From: Candidatus Woesearchaeota archaeon
GTDB taxonomy: Archaea; Nanobdellota; Nanobdellia; SCGC-AAA011-G17; UBA489
NCBI GenBank assembly: GCA_018302985.1
Contig: JAGVZA010000005.1
Coordinates: 10,281 to 74,280, forward strand
Direction of reading: 5' to 3'
DNA length: 64,000 bases
Shown here: piece after piece, positions 25,435 to 34,137 of the stretch
Numbering within the stretch: the stretch's first letter is position 1
Layout: each line of letters starts with the position of its first letter
Translations under genes and position numbers: made by a program
Notes under the pieces: generated by a model
Told to the model about the DNA's origin: nothing
Seen by the model: the letters and a program-made list of their open reading frames with translations, nothing else
Databases searched by the model: none

Positions 25435-26556
25435 ATGAGAATTCTTTTAAGTAAAAAAAGTAGAGAATTATTATTTAATAAGTTAAAAGAAGAATATAAT
25501 GTCAAAAATTTAAAAGAACTAAGTAAAAATATAAAAGTTCCATTTAAAACGTTACAAAAATGGAGATATGGAGAATTATATTTGCCTGATAAATTGATAG
25601 GAACTAAAGAGAGTTCTCTAGAAATTATTGATAAAAAAGAAGATAATTGGGGAGCTAAAAAAGGTGGAATAATAGGGGGTAAAAAGAGTTCTCTAAATCT
25701 AATAAAAAAGCTTGGAAAAGAAAAATATAGTCAAGTAATGAAAAATAGAGGGAAGAAGATAAAAAACACTATTTGGAAGAGATATAAAAAAGAAGAAGTG
25801 CTTAGTTTAATTAAATTAGGTAAACTAAGAAAAAGAGAGGAGATGTGTAAGAGTTTAGAATTAAGTCATGAAAGCTTCTTCACAAATAATAAAATTGCAT
25901 TAGATACAAGCAAAGTTAATTGGAGTAGAGTAGATAAAAAGAAAGAACTGATATTACCAGAAAAGATGTCTAAAGAGTTAGCTGAAGAAATAGGCATTCA
26001 TTTAGGGGACGGTTGCTTATCATTAGGAAAAAATTATTTTTCAGCAAAAGGTACAAACCTAGAAGTTGAGTATTATCAAAACTATATTAAAAGTTTATAT
26101 AAAAAATTATATAATTTAAATCTTAATGTTAAACAGTTCGATAGTGTAAGTGGATTTGAGATATATTCTAAGGGTTTATTTGAGTTCAAAAACAAAGTGC
26201 TAGGAATACCATATGGAGAAAAAGTTGAAAGAATTGAGATTCCTAAAGAGATATTAGATTCAAAAAATAAAGAGATTTATAGAGCATGCATTAGAGGAAT
26301 TTTTGATACTGATGGTTGTATTTATTTATCAAAAGAAGATACTTATCCCGTACTTTCGATTACTATAAAATCAAAAAAGTTAATTGACCAATTAGAAGAT
26401 ATGTTAAAAAAGTTGGGGTTTTTACCAACAAAATATAAGTGGAGTTTATATTTAAATGGGGTAATATTGCTCAAAAAATGGGTAAATGAGATAAATTCTA
26501 ACAATCCTATAAAGAAAGAACAATTAGAAGAGGCAATAAAGGTAGTAGATTTATAA
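25435..26556 (+). CDS. free-standing double-motif LAGLIDADG endonuclease-like protein with an N-terminal HTH region
   Basis: Motifs LAEEIGIHLGDGCLS and CIRGIFDTDGCIYL. Very AT-rich. Its 3' end overlaps the tRNA promoter. Confidence 0.7.
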   Translation: MRILLSKKSRELLFNKLKEEYNVKNLKELSKNIKVPFKTLQKWRYGELYLPDKLIGTKESSLEIIDKKEDNWGAKKGGIIGGKKSSLNLIKKLGKEKYSQVMKNRGKKIKNTIWKRYKKEEVLSLIKLGKLRKREEMCKSLELSHESFFTNNKIALDTSKVNWSRVDKKKELILPEKMSKELAEEIGIHLGDGCLSLGKNYFSAKGTNLEVEYYQNYIKSLYKKLYNLNLNVKQFDSVSGFEIYSKGLFEFKNKVLGIPYGEKVERIEIPKEILDSKNKEIYRACIRGIFDTDGCIYLSKEDTYPVLSITIKSKKLIDQLEDMLKKLGFLPTKYKWSLYLNGVILLKKWVNEINSNNPIKKEQLEEAIKVVDL

Positions 26557-26580
26557 ACCCTTTTTTAGTTATTTAATAGC

Positions 26581-26675
26581 GCCCTCGTAGTTTAGCTTGG
26601 ATAGCTGAGAAAGCAGCCCAAAAAGAATACGAGCTTGCGGAGCTTGTGACACAGGTTCAAATCCTGTCGAGGGCG
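26581..26675 (+). tRNA. tRNA, probably tRNA-Arg(GCG), 95 nt with a ~23-nt insertion (candidate non-canonical intron, 26607..26629)
   Basis: Acceptor GCCCTCG/CGAGGGC plus G73. D-arm GTTT-AGCTTGGA-TAGC. Anticodon hairpin CGAGC-TTGCGGA-GCTTG (26630..26646). T-arm ACAGG-TTCAAAT-CCTGT. TATA box about 30 nt upstream and a T-run downstream. Confidence 0.8.
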
Positions 26676-26730
26676 TATATTTTATTTGTGAAAAAAAGCT
26701 TTATAAAGAAATCAAAAGCAGTCTAAATCA

Positions 26731-27222
26731 ATGATAGCAAATCAAGGAATTTTAAGGATTAATGAAGTAATCATGAGTATCTGGAGAGATGTTGAAAGGC
26801 ACACATTGTTTGGTGCAAGGCAGATGCTGGAGATGCCAAGCGGACTGTATGATGTCATATTACATGCTCGAAAGGGTTGGCCTGCACAAAGTATAGTGGA
26901 TCAAGCATTTGCAATTCCAGTGCTTAAGGGAGAATTTCAAGTTCATGATCTAGGAGAATATGCAGAAGAAAGAAGATTCGTGGGAGCTTTCTTTTTAAAG
27001 AATGAAACAGTAAATAGATATTGCGTTCGTTCAAGAGATAACAAGGACGGAGGGATTATATTCTTTGATTTAAAGAGAGAAGGAAAGGATGTTCTATCTA
27101 CATCCATTACATTAGAGAAAAGTATAGGATTAGTAGACCTAGAAAGAAGTCATACTGGAATAAGAGAGCACATAGGGGAAGCAAAAAAGTATTTTGAAAG
27201 TATAGTTATGAGCCCTGAATAA
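26731..27222 (+). CDS. hypothetical protein, 163 aa
   Basis: Intact ORF. No recognisable motif. Confidence 0.4.
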   Translation: MIANQGILRINEVIMSIWRDVERHTLFGARQMLEMPSGLYDVILHARKGWPAQSIVDQAFAIPVLKGEFQVHDLGEYAEERRFVGAFFLKNETVNRYCVRSRDNKDGGIIFFDLKREGKDVLSTSITLEKSIGLVDLERSHTGIREHIGEAKKYFESIVMSPE

Positions 27223-27226
27223 ATAA

Positions 27227-27406
27227 CTAAGAAGCTGGTTCTGATAGTTTATTAAGAAATACCATGAAGAGGAAAGTCAGTAATAAGACTGATAAAACTA
27301 AGAGAGGATAATGAATAACTGGTTGTAGATTAAGTTTTAAGAGAGCAGCAACACAGAGACCTAAAATTATAGCTATCAATAGCATGGTATAATCTCTGTA
27401 GTCCAT
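27227..27406 (-). CDS. possible 59-aa two-helix membrane peptide (not in ORF track)
   Basis: Manual translation gives MDYRDYTMLLIAIILGLCVAALLKLNLQPVIHYPLLVLSVLLLTFLFMVFLNKLSEPAS. No other support. Confidence 0.25.
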   Translation of the reverse strand: MDYRDYTMLLIAIILGLCVAALLKLNLQPVIHYPLLVLSVLLLTFLFMVFLNKLSEPAS

Positions 27407-27461
27407 GGAATAAGAAAGAAAAAAGAAGTTTATAAAAGTAATGAATGAAGGAAAAAAATCG

Positions 27462-30050
27462 TTATTGAGGTATTGAATCTGTAGTTTTGGATTTTTGTAT
27501 TTGTTCTTCTATATATTTTTTGTCTTTTAGAGATTCTAGATATGCTTGGCTTTTCTCATATTCTTCTGGAATCATGTCATGGGGAATTGAACTAGAAGGC
27601 ATATCTGGTCCTGTTGGGTCTCCTCCTCCTGGATTTTCAGGCGGTAATGTGCCGAAATAAGGTGGCCAATAAAATCCTTCTGGGCAGTCAAATGGTGGTT
27701 GATAGTATCCTCCAAATGGAATTGGTTCATTTATGAAATCACCATTGCCACATTGTTGGTTGTAAACTGGCGAAAGATAGTTTTCGCAGCTATTAGTAGT
27801 GCATTGTTGGTTATTGGTACAGGATGCTGGTGCTAAAGGAGGTGTTGAGCTCGGTGGAATTACAAAAGGTTTTGGAATTAAACCGAAGTTACCTCTCGGT
27901 ACATAAGGAAATGGATAGTTATAATAGAATTGATAAACCCATGGCAAAGAATTTGGATTTGCATAACAGTCAGCATTGCCTGTTGAAGGATTACAGCTGA
28001 GACCAGATCCTGGAGGTGGCTGGCAAATATTATTGACGCATGTCCCTTGATAATATCCGCAATCCCAGTCAGACATACAAGTTCCTCCGCAGTTTTTACA
28101 TACTACATCATCATGTCCTAATTCATATTGTTGTTCATCCCACATATTTTCTATCAATAATGATCCGCTGTCGCGTGCTGCGCCTAAGTTGTTGTTGACA
28201 AAGTTATTAGCAAAAAAGCCATAATAGTAGAATCCATCCGCGTTTATTCCATATCCTGAAATGGGATAGAGTGGATTTGGGGTGAAGCCATTTCCTTCAA
28301 TATGATTATTATAGGTTCTATAGGGAAAAATATAGGATGAAATTAGGTAGTTGGGATCTATGTAATATCTTATGCCATCTGCTCCATTATTGAGTACGCG
28401 ATTATGGCTTAGACGTTCCACTCCTGAATAGGCATTAAATCCCGTTCCCATGCCAGCTGTCAATTTTGCGTCAAAGTTAAAACCTTCTAAAGTGTTATAG
28501 CTCAAATCATTGCAAATAACATTATATGCCCATTGATTAGAAGCTCCATAGGGTGATTCTGGTACGTAAACTCCGCGATTATTGTTATTAATTTCATTGA
28601 GAATTACATAGTATAATTGCCCATAGTAGCTATAAATTCCATCTTTGATGTTGTTGCTAATGGTATTTCGATAAATAAATCTTGGATAACTATAATCAGG
28701 ATAGACTCCTTGAAATTGAGTGCTTTGATGTGCTGAACCTACGCTTATGCCGTTGCGGTTATTGCCATTAATAGTGTTGCTTCTAACGTCTGTCATACCA
28801 TTACCTTTTAGCAAGACTATTCCGTCATTAATGTTGTTGTTAATTTGGTTGTTGTTGATGTCTGTGTATTCTCCCCATTCTTTAAAGTCCATATCATAAA
28901 TATAAGGGTTTGTTGTAGTATCTTTTCTGCCTGCGACGATTCCATCTTGACCATTGTTGTTCATGGTGTTTCCTGCGATCGTAGTTGTTCTATGATAGGG
29001 TGTTGAACTTTGGTAAAAATAAGTGCTTCTGCCGTTGAGTTGTATTCCTGTCAAACTATTTTGTGTTAAAGTATTGCTTTCTATCTTGTGGCCTGCGCTG
29101 AAATATTCTTGTATATTATTTAATGGAAATTGAGGACTTGTCCAAGTATAGGGATTTATTTCAAAACCAACATAGATCGCGTTAACTTCTATGCCGTCTT
29201 GATTGGACTGAAGAGTATTTTGTTTAATGGTATTGTTAGTGCTATAAGTTGTGATTCCTTTGTTGTTGTTAAGTATATTATTATTTATTATTCTATAGTT
29301 TTGTCCACTTTGAGGTATTGCGCAGTAAACTGGAAGTGGCTGAGCTGGAAACATATTTATCGTTGTTCCTAAACTGCATAATGCATTAGGTATTGTCGCT
29401 GTTAAGCTTGCTGGATTTGTGCCTGTTATGATCCCATAAGTGTTTTGTGTAATCGTTGAGCTGCTTACAGATCCTTGGCTTCCTTCTAATTGCATTCCTA
29501 TCGCGGTTCTTTTTATAGTATTTCCAGAATAAGAATTTGATTGAGCGTTGAATGCTTCTTTGATGCCTGTTGTAGCTTGATCAATGTTGTTGTTAGTTAT
29601 TTGGCTATTGGTTACTCCTGGACCCACAGAAATCGCGTTGGTGAATCTTCCTTGAAAAGTACATCTCATAATTTGAACATTAGTCAATCCTGGAGCTATC
29701 TGCAATCCGTCAAATCTTGTGTTTCCTCGAGCTTTTACTAATATGGTATTTGGATCGCATACGACTACTACATTGCTTGCTGTAATGACTGTTGGAGCAT
29801 TCATCATTATTCTCCCACAAAGTGTCATGGAAGTTGAGATAGTTGCAGGTATAGTATTAGGAGTTACACAAGGAGGTGCTAAAGGTGTTGTTGGTGCTGG
29901 AGGAAGAGGTGTAGGAGCAGCAGCAATAGTTCCTCTGCGTATAACATTTCCTGTAGTAGGTTCGTTAATATAAGAAAGAATAACAGTAGCGAATAAAAGC
30001 AAAGCTAAAGTTAAAATAAACCCCTTTTGGAGTAGTCCTCTTTTCTGCAT
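27462..30050 (-). CDS. large secreted right-handed beta-helix (PbH1-repeat) protein with a Cys-rich C-terminal region, 862 aa
   Basis: N-terminal anchor followed by EPTTGNVI. At least 14 repeats of about 22 aa of the form N-x-I-x-x-N-x-x-x-G-I (for example NTINGNNRNGISV, NTISNNIKDGIYS). C-terminal Cys/Pro/Asn-rich modules. Confidence 0.65.
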   Translation of the reverse strand: MQKRGLLQKGFILTLALLLFATVILSYINEPTTGNVIRRGTIAAAPTPLPPAPTTPLAPPCVTPNTIPATISTSMTLCGRIMMNAPTVITASNVVVVCDPNTILVKARGNTRFDGLQIAPGLTNVQIMRCTFQGRFTNAISVGPGVTNSQITNNNIDQATTGIKEAFNAQSNSYSGNTIKRTAIGMQLEGSQGSVSSSTITQNTYGIITGTNPASLTATIPNALCSLGTTINMFPAQPLPVYCAIPQSGQNYRIINNNILNNNKGITTYSTNNTIKQNTLQSNQDGIEVNAIYVGFEINPYTWTSPQFPLNNIQEYFSAGHKIESNTLTQNSLTGIQLNGRSTYFYQSSTPYHRTTTIAGNTMNNNGQDGIVAGRKDTTTNPYIYDMDFKEWGEYTDINNNQINNNINDGIVLLKGNGMTDVRSNTINGNNRNGISVGSAHQSTQFQGVYPDYSYPRFIYRNTISNNIKDGIYSYYGQLYYVILNEINNNNRGVYVPESPYGASNQWAYNVICNDLSYNTLEGFNFDAKLTAGMGTGFNAYSGVERLSHNRVLNNGADGIRYYIDPNYLISSYIFPYRTYNNHIEGNGFTPNPLYPISGYGINADGFYYYGFFANNFVNNNLGAARDSGSLLIENMWDEQQYELGHDDVVCKNCGGTCMSDWDCGYYQGTCVNNICQPPPGSGLSCNPSTGNADCYANPNSLPWVYQFYYNYPFPYVPRGNFGLIPKPFVIPPSSTPPLAPASCTNNQQCTTNSCENYLSPVYNQQCGNGDFINEPIPFGGYYQPPFDCPEGFYWPPYFGTLPPENPGGGDPTGPDMPSSSIPHDMIPEEYEKSQAYLESLKDKKYIEEQIQKSKTTDSIPQ

Positions 30051-30113
30051 ACTAAAAAGAAATCGAAATGGTATATTAAACTATCTAAAAAAAGAAAAAG
30101 GAGTTACATTCAA

Positions 30114-31115
30114 TTAGATGCCTAAGTACGAGTTTGTCATATTCCCATAAGTTGGTTCTACTCCCAAAGCTCTATCAACTGCATCATAACATGCCTTACG
30201 TATTACAAAGGGATCAGTTGGAAATAGAGCAGCTAGAGGACCTAAATTATTTAGAGATGGTATATCTACAGGTTCAATATTATCGCAGATCTTTTTATTT
30301 CTCTTCCAAACTGCCTGATCATAAAAACAAGAATCACGAAGAGTATACCCACCACTAGCAGGAGCTTCTTTCGAAATCTTTGCGCAGTGTGATTCTTCTT
30401 GAAACAGATTTGCCATGTCTCTATAACAATAATCTTTAAATTCACCAGTTAAACTGCATAGTGCAGGATCTTTTGTCCGTAGAGCATAAGAATGTAAACA
30501 ACGAGATATCTTTTGTGGTTTCTCATTATCTTCAATTTGTTGTTTTAATTTTTTAATTTGTTGTTCAGAATAATCTGGATAAACAGTTCGTAAGTTCTCT
30601 TCTTTAACTCCTTTGACATAATTGTTTATAGTATTGCATAAATCTATATTTTTTTGCCTTATAGCAATCTCAGTTACACAAGCATCATCTGAATCCTCAT
30701 CTCCTCCAGGTTCTTCATCAAATCCTCCTGATCCTTCAGCTTTTTCGCATAGTGATGGTGTTTCAGACTCAACAACTGTAATTAAGTAGCAAGTTGCTTT
30801 TGAGCCATGATTCGAAAATTCTTCACATTGTTTTGTATCCGTACTATTTGAGACATCGATAACTGATAATTTGCAATCATCAGATAATTTAAAAAAGGTC
30901 TCTTGAGCAAATGCCGGTTCTTTTATTTCTTTAATCTTATCACACACATTCATATTTAGTGTCTTTGCCGCTAATTCTTGATAACAGCCCATTTTGCCTT
31001 CAACATTTGCAAGTGGTAGATCATCGCATTGTGAAGTATCAACTTGTGAACAACCAGTTAGTAAGAGAAGAGTTGTTAAAAATAAAGTAATGAGAAATGT
31101 CTTTGACAAATGCAT
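30114..31115 (-). CDS. lipobox-like secreted protein with repeated Cys-pair modules, 333 aa
   Basis: LLLLTGC signal. Repeats of C-[YF]-x3-A-x6-10-C-[DENS]-x-I (CYQELAAKTLNMNVCDKI, CVTEIAIRQKNIDLCNTI, CFYDQAVWKRNKKICDNI). Confidence 0.55.
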   Translation of the reverse strand: MHLSKTFLITLFLTTLLLLTGCSQVDTSQCDDLPLANVEGKMGCYQELAAKTLNMNVCDKIKEIKEPAFAQETFFKLSDDCKLSVIDVSNSTDTKQCEEFSNHGSKATCYLITVVESETPSLCEKAEGSGGFDEEPGGDEDSDDACVTEIAIRQKNIDLCNTINNYVKGVKEENLRTVYPDYSEQQIKKLKQQIEDNEKPQKISRCLHSYALRTKDPALCSLTGEFKDYCYRDMANLFQEESHCAKISKEAPASGGYTLRDSCFYDQAVWKRNKKICDNIEPVDIPSLNNLGPLAALFPTDPFVIRKACYDAVDRALGVEPTYGNMTNSYLGI

Positions 31116-31208
31116 GATTTCTAGTTAGAATAACCCTATTTATAGATTGCTATACAACAAATAAATAAGAAGTTAATGAAATGTAAAAAGAAAATGAAAA
31201 GGAGAGTT

Positions 31209-32267
31209 CTACTCCTCCACGTCTTCAAGTCCAGCATCAGTAATTCTAAAGATGCATTCAGCGTCAGCCAAGTACGGACTGTCCACAAGTTTTCCAACAC
31301 GTGTTCCTTTCTTGCCTTTGCGGAGATAAATTCTAGTCTGGGAATTATGCCCAACTATATGACCTCCAATAGCTGCAGTAGGATCACCGAAAAAAGTATC
31401 TGGCTTTGCCATGACTTGATTGGTGACATAGACACATAAATTATATTGGCTTGCTAGTTTCATCAGCGTGTGCATATGCTTGTTTAATTTCTGTTGTCTG
31501 TCTGCTAATTGTCCTCGACCAACAAAATCTGCTCTAAAGTGAGACGTTAGTGAGTCAACAACGATCAAGCGAACAGGTCTATCACTTGCCATTTTCTGTT
31601 TGATCAAATCTTCAGTTTTTTCTGCAATCAACATTTGATGATCGCTGTTAAAAGCTCGTGCTACAGCAATATTTTTGAGAGTTTCTATAGGATCTATTTT
31701 CAAGGATTCGGCAATTTGCTTAATTCTTTCAGGTCTGAACGTGCTTTCTCCATCGATAAAGATTACAGATCCATTGGATCCTCCTTGTTCTACAGGTAAT
31801 TGAGTTCGTACTGCTAAGACATGAGCTATCTGTGACTTGCTTGATCCAAATTCTCCGTAAGCCTCGCTAATCGCTCCAGTTTCAAAGCCACCACCAATCA
31901 TAGCGTCAAAAGCTTTGCTGCCTGTGCTTAAGCGTATAACTTCTTGTCTTCGTTTCAACAAGTCTATACCAGTTTCAAAACCCATGTCAAGTTTGCTTCT
32001 TGCTACATTAATGATACGTTTGGCGACAGATTCTCCAATAGCACAAACTTCAACTAACTCAGCAGGACTAGCAACTGCTAGACTCATTAAAGTATCAAAT
32101 CCAGCTTCTCTGAGCTTTTCAGCTGTAGCTGCTCCAACACCTGGTAGAGTATCAATACTTTGTGGCTCTGATTTAGTGGAGGTTTCCTGTTTAGTTTCCT
32201 TAGGTTTTTCTACCATGACAACTTCTTGCTGCATTCCTAGTACTTTAAGTTTACTCATTTGCATCAT
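31209..32267 (-). CDS. radA: DNA repair and recombination protein RadA
   Basis: HhH LPGVGAATAEKLREAGF, Walker A GEFGSSKSQ, Walker B LIVVDS and TNQV. Confidence 0.95.
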   Translation of the reverse strand: MMQMSKLKVLGMQQEVVMVEKPKETKQETSTKSEPQSIDTLPGVGAATAEKLREAGFDTLMSLAVASPAELVEVCAIGESVAKRIINVARSKLDMGFETGIDLLKRRQEVIRLSTGSKAFDAMIGGGFETGAISEAYGEFGSSKSQIAHVLAVRTQLPVEQGGSNGSVIFIDGESTFRPERIKQIAESLKIDPIETLKNIAVARAFNSDHQMLIAEKTEDLIKQKMASDRPVRLIVVDSLTSHFRADFVGRGQLADRQQKLNKHMHTLMKLASQYNLCVYVTNQVMAKPDTFFGDPTAAIGGHIVGHNSQTRIYLRKGKKGTRVGKLVDSPYLADAECIFRITDAGLEDVEE

Positions 32268-32526
32268 CTCCTTTGCTCTGCATATTTAGAAAAAGGTCTT
32301 CCTGTAGTTTTTGAACAATAAGGTGTATTTTAGGAAGATCACTGCGTCTAAGATTTAATTTCTCTTCTCTCCAGACATCTTGTCCCTTGTCTTTCCAAGC
32401 ACGACGTAAAGTAACAGTTTTGAACTCTATTTCTGTGCCATCCTCTTGTTTTCGCTTATTAGCCCATATGACGCCTTCTATAGCGCCAGATCTAAATTTT
32501 TTCACTGGTAGATGATTGCTAACCAT
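32251..32526 (-). CDS. small protein, possibly a PC4/YdbC-like ssDNA-binding fold, 91 aa
   Basis: FRSGAIEGVIWANKRKQEDGTEIEFKTVTLRRAWKDKGQDVWREEKLNLRRSDLPKI resembles the PC4-like beta-sheet pattern. AAGGAGTGA Shine-Dalgarno-like sequence upstream. 17-nt overlap with radA. Confidence 0.35.
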   Translation of the reverse strand: MVSNHLPVKKFRSGAIEGVIWANKRKQEDGTEIEFKTVTLRRAWKDKGQDVWREEKLNLRRSDLPKIHLIVQKLQEDLFLNMQSKGDDANE

Positions 32527-32599
32527 GTGACATCACTCCTTTGTTGCTTTCGCATTTTGTTTCAGTGTCCATGAAGGACAAAGCTAAGAAAGAGAAATC

Positions 32600-32636
32600 T
32601 ATTTATAAGCAAAAGGGGGGTCTTTGAGAAGTAAAC
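32600..32636. promoter_or_regulatory. conserved promoter-associated element, copy B, upstream of the PC4-like-radA operon
   Basis: Same element as 14672..14708. It lies in the intergenic region 74-110 nt upstream of the ATG at 32526. Confidence 0.55.
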
Positions 32637-32660
32637 AGATACTAGAGAATATAGGTCGGG

Positions 32661-33074
32661 TTATTTTCTAATGAAAGTTCGAACGGTGCGTGAAGAAGGA
32701 GTGCACAAGGTAAGAACTTGTTGTTCACAGAATTTGACAAAGTTATTTTTATCAATAGCAGAAGTACAAGAAACACGAACATTAGTATTCTTAGGTAATG
32801 ATAAGCCTGCTACTGCTTGTTTGCAATAGATTTGTGTCTGTCCTTTTTGGCAGCCATAGGCTCTATGTAAACTGCGTCCTAGATCTTGACCTGCTGCTTG
32901 GACACTAGGTTTGTTGCAAGATAAAGACCAAGTTTCTGGAAACGCTGCAGATGGTTGTATTCTAGTATACTCCCCAGAAATTGCTCCTCCTCGTTCAAAG
33001 CCAATAGCTACAAATAAAATTGCTAAGAAAAAGAGAATAGCATAAGTATTCCTCTTTTTTTGATCATCTGCCAT
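32661..33074 (-). CDS. N-terminally anchored Cys-containing extracellular protein, 137 aa
   Basis: TM helix YAILFFLAILFVAIGF followed by GGAISGEY. 6 Cys. Confidence 0.45.
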   Translation of the reverse strand: MADDQKKRNTYAILFFLAILFVAIGFERGGAISGEYTRIQPSAAFPETWSLSCNKPSVQAAGQDLGRSLHRAYGCQKGQTQIYCKQAVAGLSLPKNTNVRVSCTSAIDKNNFVKFCEQQVLTLCTPSSRTVRTFIRK

Positions 33075-33111
33075 GAAGAATCAAAGAGTGACGTCCTTTT
33101 TATAGCTTTCG

Positions 33112-34131
33112 TTATAATTGTGGAGCTTCTTTTACTAAGTCTTCAGCTAAATGCTCTGGATTTGGTTCTTCTACGCGTTGCACAAAAAATTCCATGCGTT
33201 GGAACATCTCGTTCTTAGTAACTCTGCCTGTCAAAAGCAATTGCTTACCTAGCAGCTGTTGTTTATAAGGTTCAAATAAAGAAATATTTTCTCTAAAGGG
33301 TAAAAGTGTAGCTTCATCAATGCCTGTTAATTGAAGTACTTGATCTCTAAATGCTACTGCGCGAATATTGCTCGTGCCATCATCGAAATAAAAGTTCAGC
33401 AAAGGTACAGGTTTTGGAATGACTGCTCCATGTTCTTGGCATTGTCCTTGCACAATTTTCTTGTTGCATTGGGTGCAGGCATCGTAAAATTTAGGCTCAA
33501 AAAGTTGTACAATCGTGCCAAAGAGTTGAACATTAGTATCTCCTTCTTGCAATTCATGAATTTTCTTTTTTTGTAGGCTTGGTCCGCTAGGTACTGGTCT
33601 TTCTATAACTGTTACTGTTTCACCCGGTGGATTCAAGATAAGTTGGCTCATAGTGCCTAGATGTAATTCCATGTATTGGGGATTTTGTTGATTCTGTCTT
33701 GCCATACTGTTAATAATCTTAACAATAGTGCCTTCTTGGAGTTGTCCTTGTTCCATATATTGTAAATGCTGAGTATCCCATAAAACTATTCTGATGGTGC
33801 CAGTCTCATCGCCTATTAAAAAACTGCCAACTTTGCCTTCGCGTCCTTGTTTGGAAAAAGAATGAACTTCATAAATACGTAACACTTTGCCTAAAAGATT
33901 AACATTTTTCATGCCAGCCATAACTCTATTGATCTTGACTCCTCGTCTGCGTAATTCATCTGCTAAGTTAATGCCGCATTCATTGGCAATAATATGTACA
34001 GCACCTTCTTTGCTGATTAGTCCAGAAAGCTTGTCAATTTTCTCTTTGACTTTAAGTTCTAATTCTTGATCAGTAAATCCTTTGGTTTCTTTGATTTTTG
34101 CGCAGATATCTTCGTAAGTAAGACCTAACAT
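33112..34131 (-). CDS. replication protein A (RPA, OB-fold ssDNA-binding protein with a Zn finger)
   Basis: N-terminal LTYEDICAKIKE...GLISKEGAVHIIANECGI, OB-fold segments, and a CTQCNKKIVQGQCQEHG zinc motif. Confidence 0.75.
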   Translation of the reverse strand: MLGLTYEDICAKIKETKGFTDQELELKVKEKIDKLSGLISKEGAVHIIANECGINLADELRRRGVKINRVMAGMKNVNLLGKVLRIYEVHSFSKQGREGKVGSFLIGDETGTIRIVLWDTQHLQYMEQGQLQEGTIVKIINSMARQNQQNPQYMELHLGTMSQLILNPPGETVTVIERPVPSGPSLQKKKIHELQEGDTNVQLFGTIVQLFEPKFYDACTQCNKKIVQGQCQEHGAVIPKPVPLLNFYFDDGTSNIRAVAFRDQVLQLTGIDEATLLPFRENISLFEPYKQQLLGKQLLLTGRVTKNEMFQRMEFFVQRVEEPNPEHLAEDLVKEAPQL

Positions 34132-34137
34132 GTGATT

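Noticed and set aside
26611-26638. Bulge-helix-bulge model using helix AAGC (26611..26614) / GCTT (26633..26636), giving a 22-nt intron and a 73-nt product
   Set aside because: The spliced product would lack U33 and would have only 3 pairs in the anticodon stem. The model that keeps the perfect 26630..26646 hairpin is far better.
26630-26646. Reading the CGAGC-TTGCGGA-GCTTG hairpin as the long variable arm of a class II (Leu/Ser) tRNA
   Set aside because: That would require an anticodon arm within 26607..26629. This stretch is almost pure purine and cannot form a stem.
31136-31439. Track ORFs 31136..31354 (-) and 31176..31439 (+) at the radA 3' end
   Set aside because: They overlap the conserved RadA C-terminal frame or the short intergenic spacer. 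No motif or independent signals were seen.
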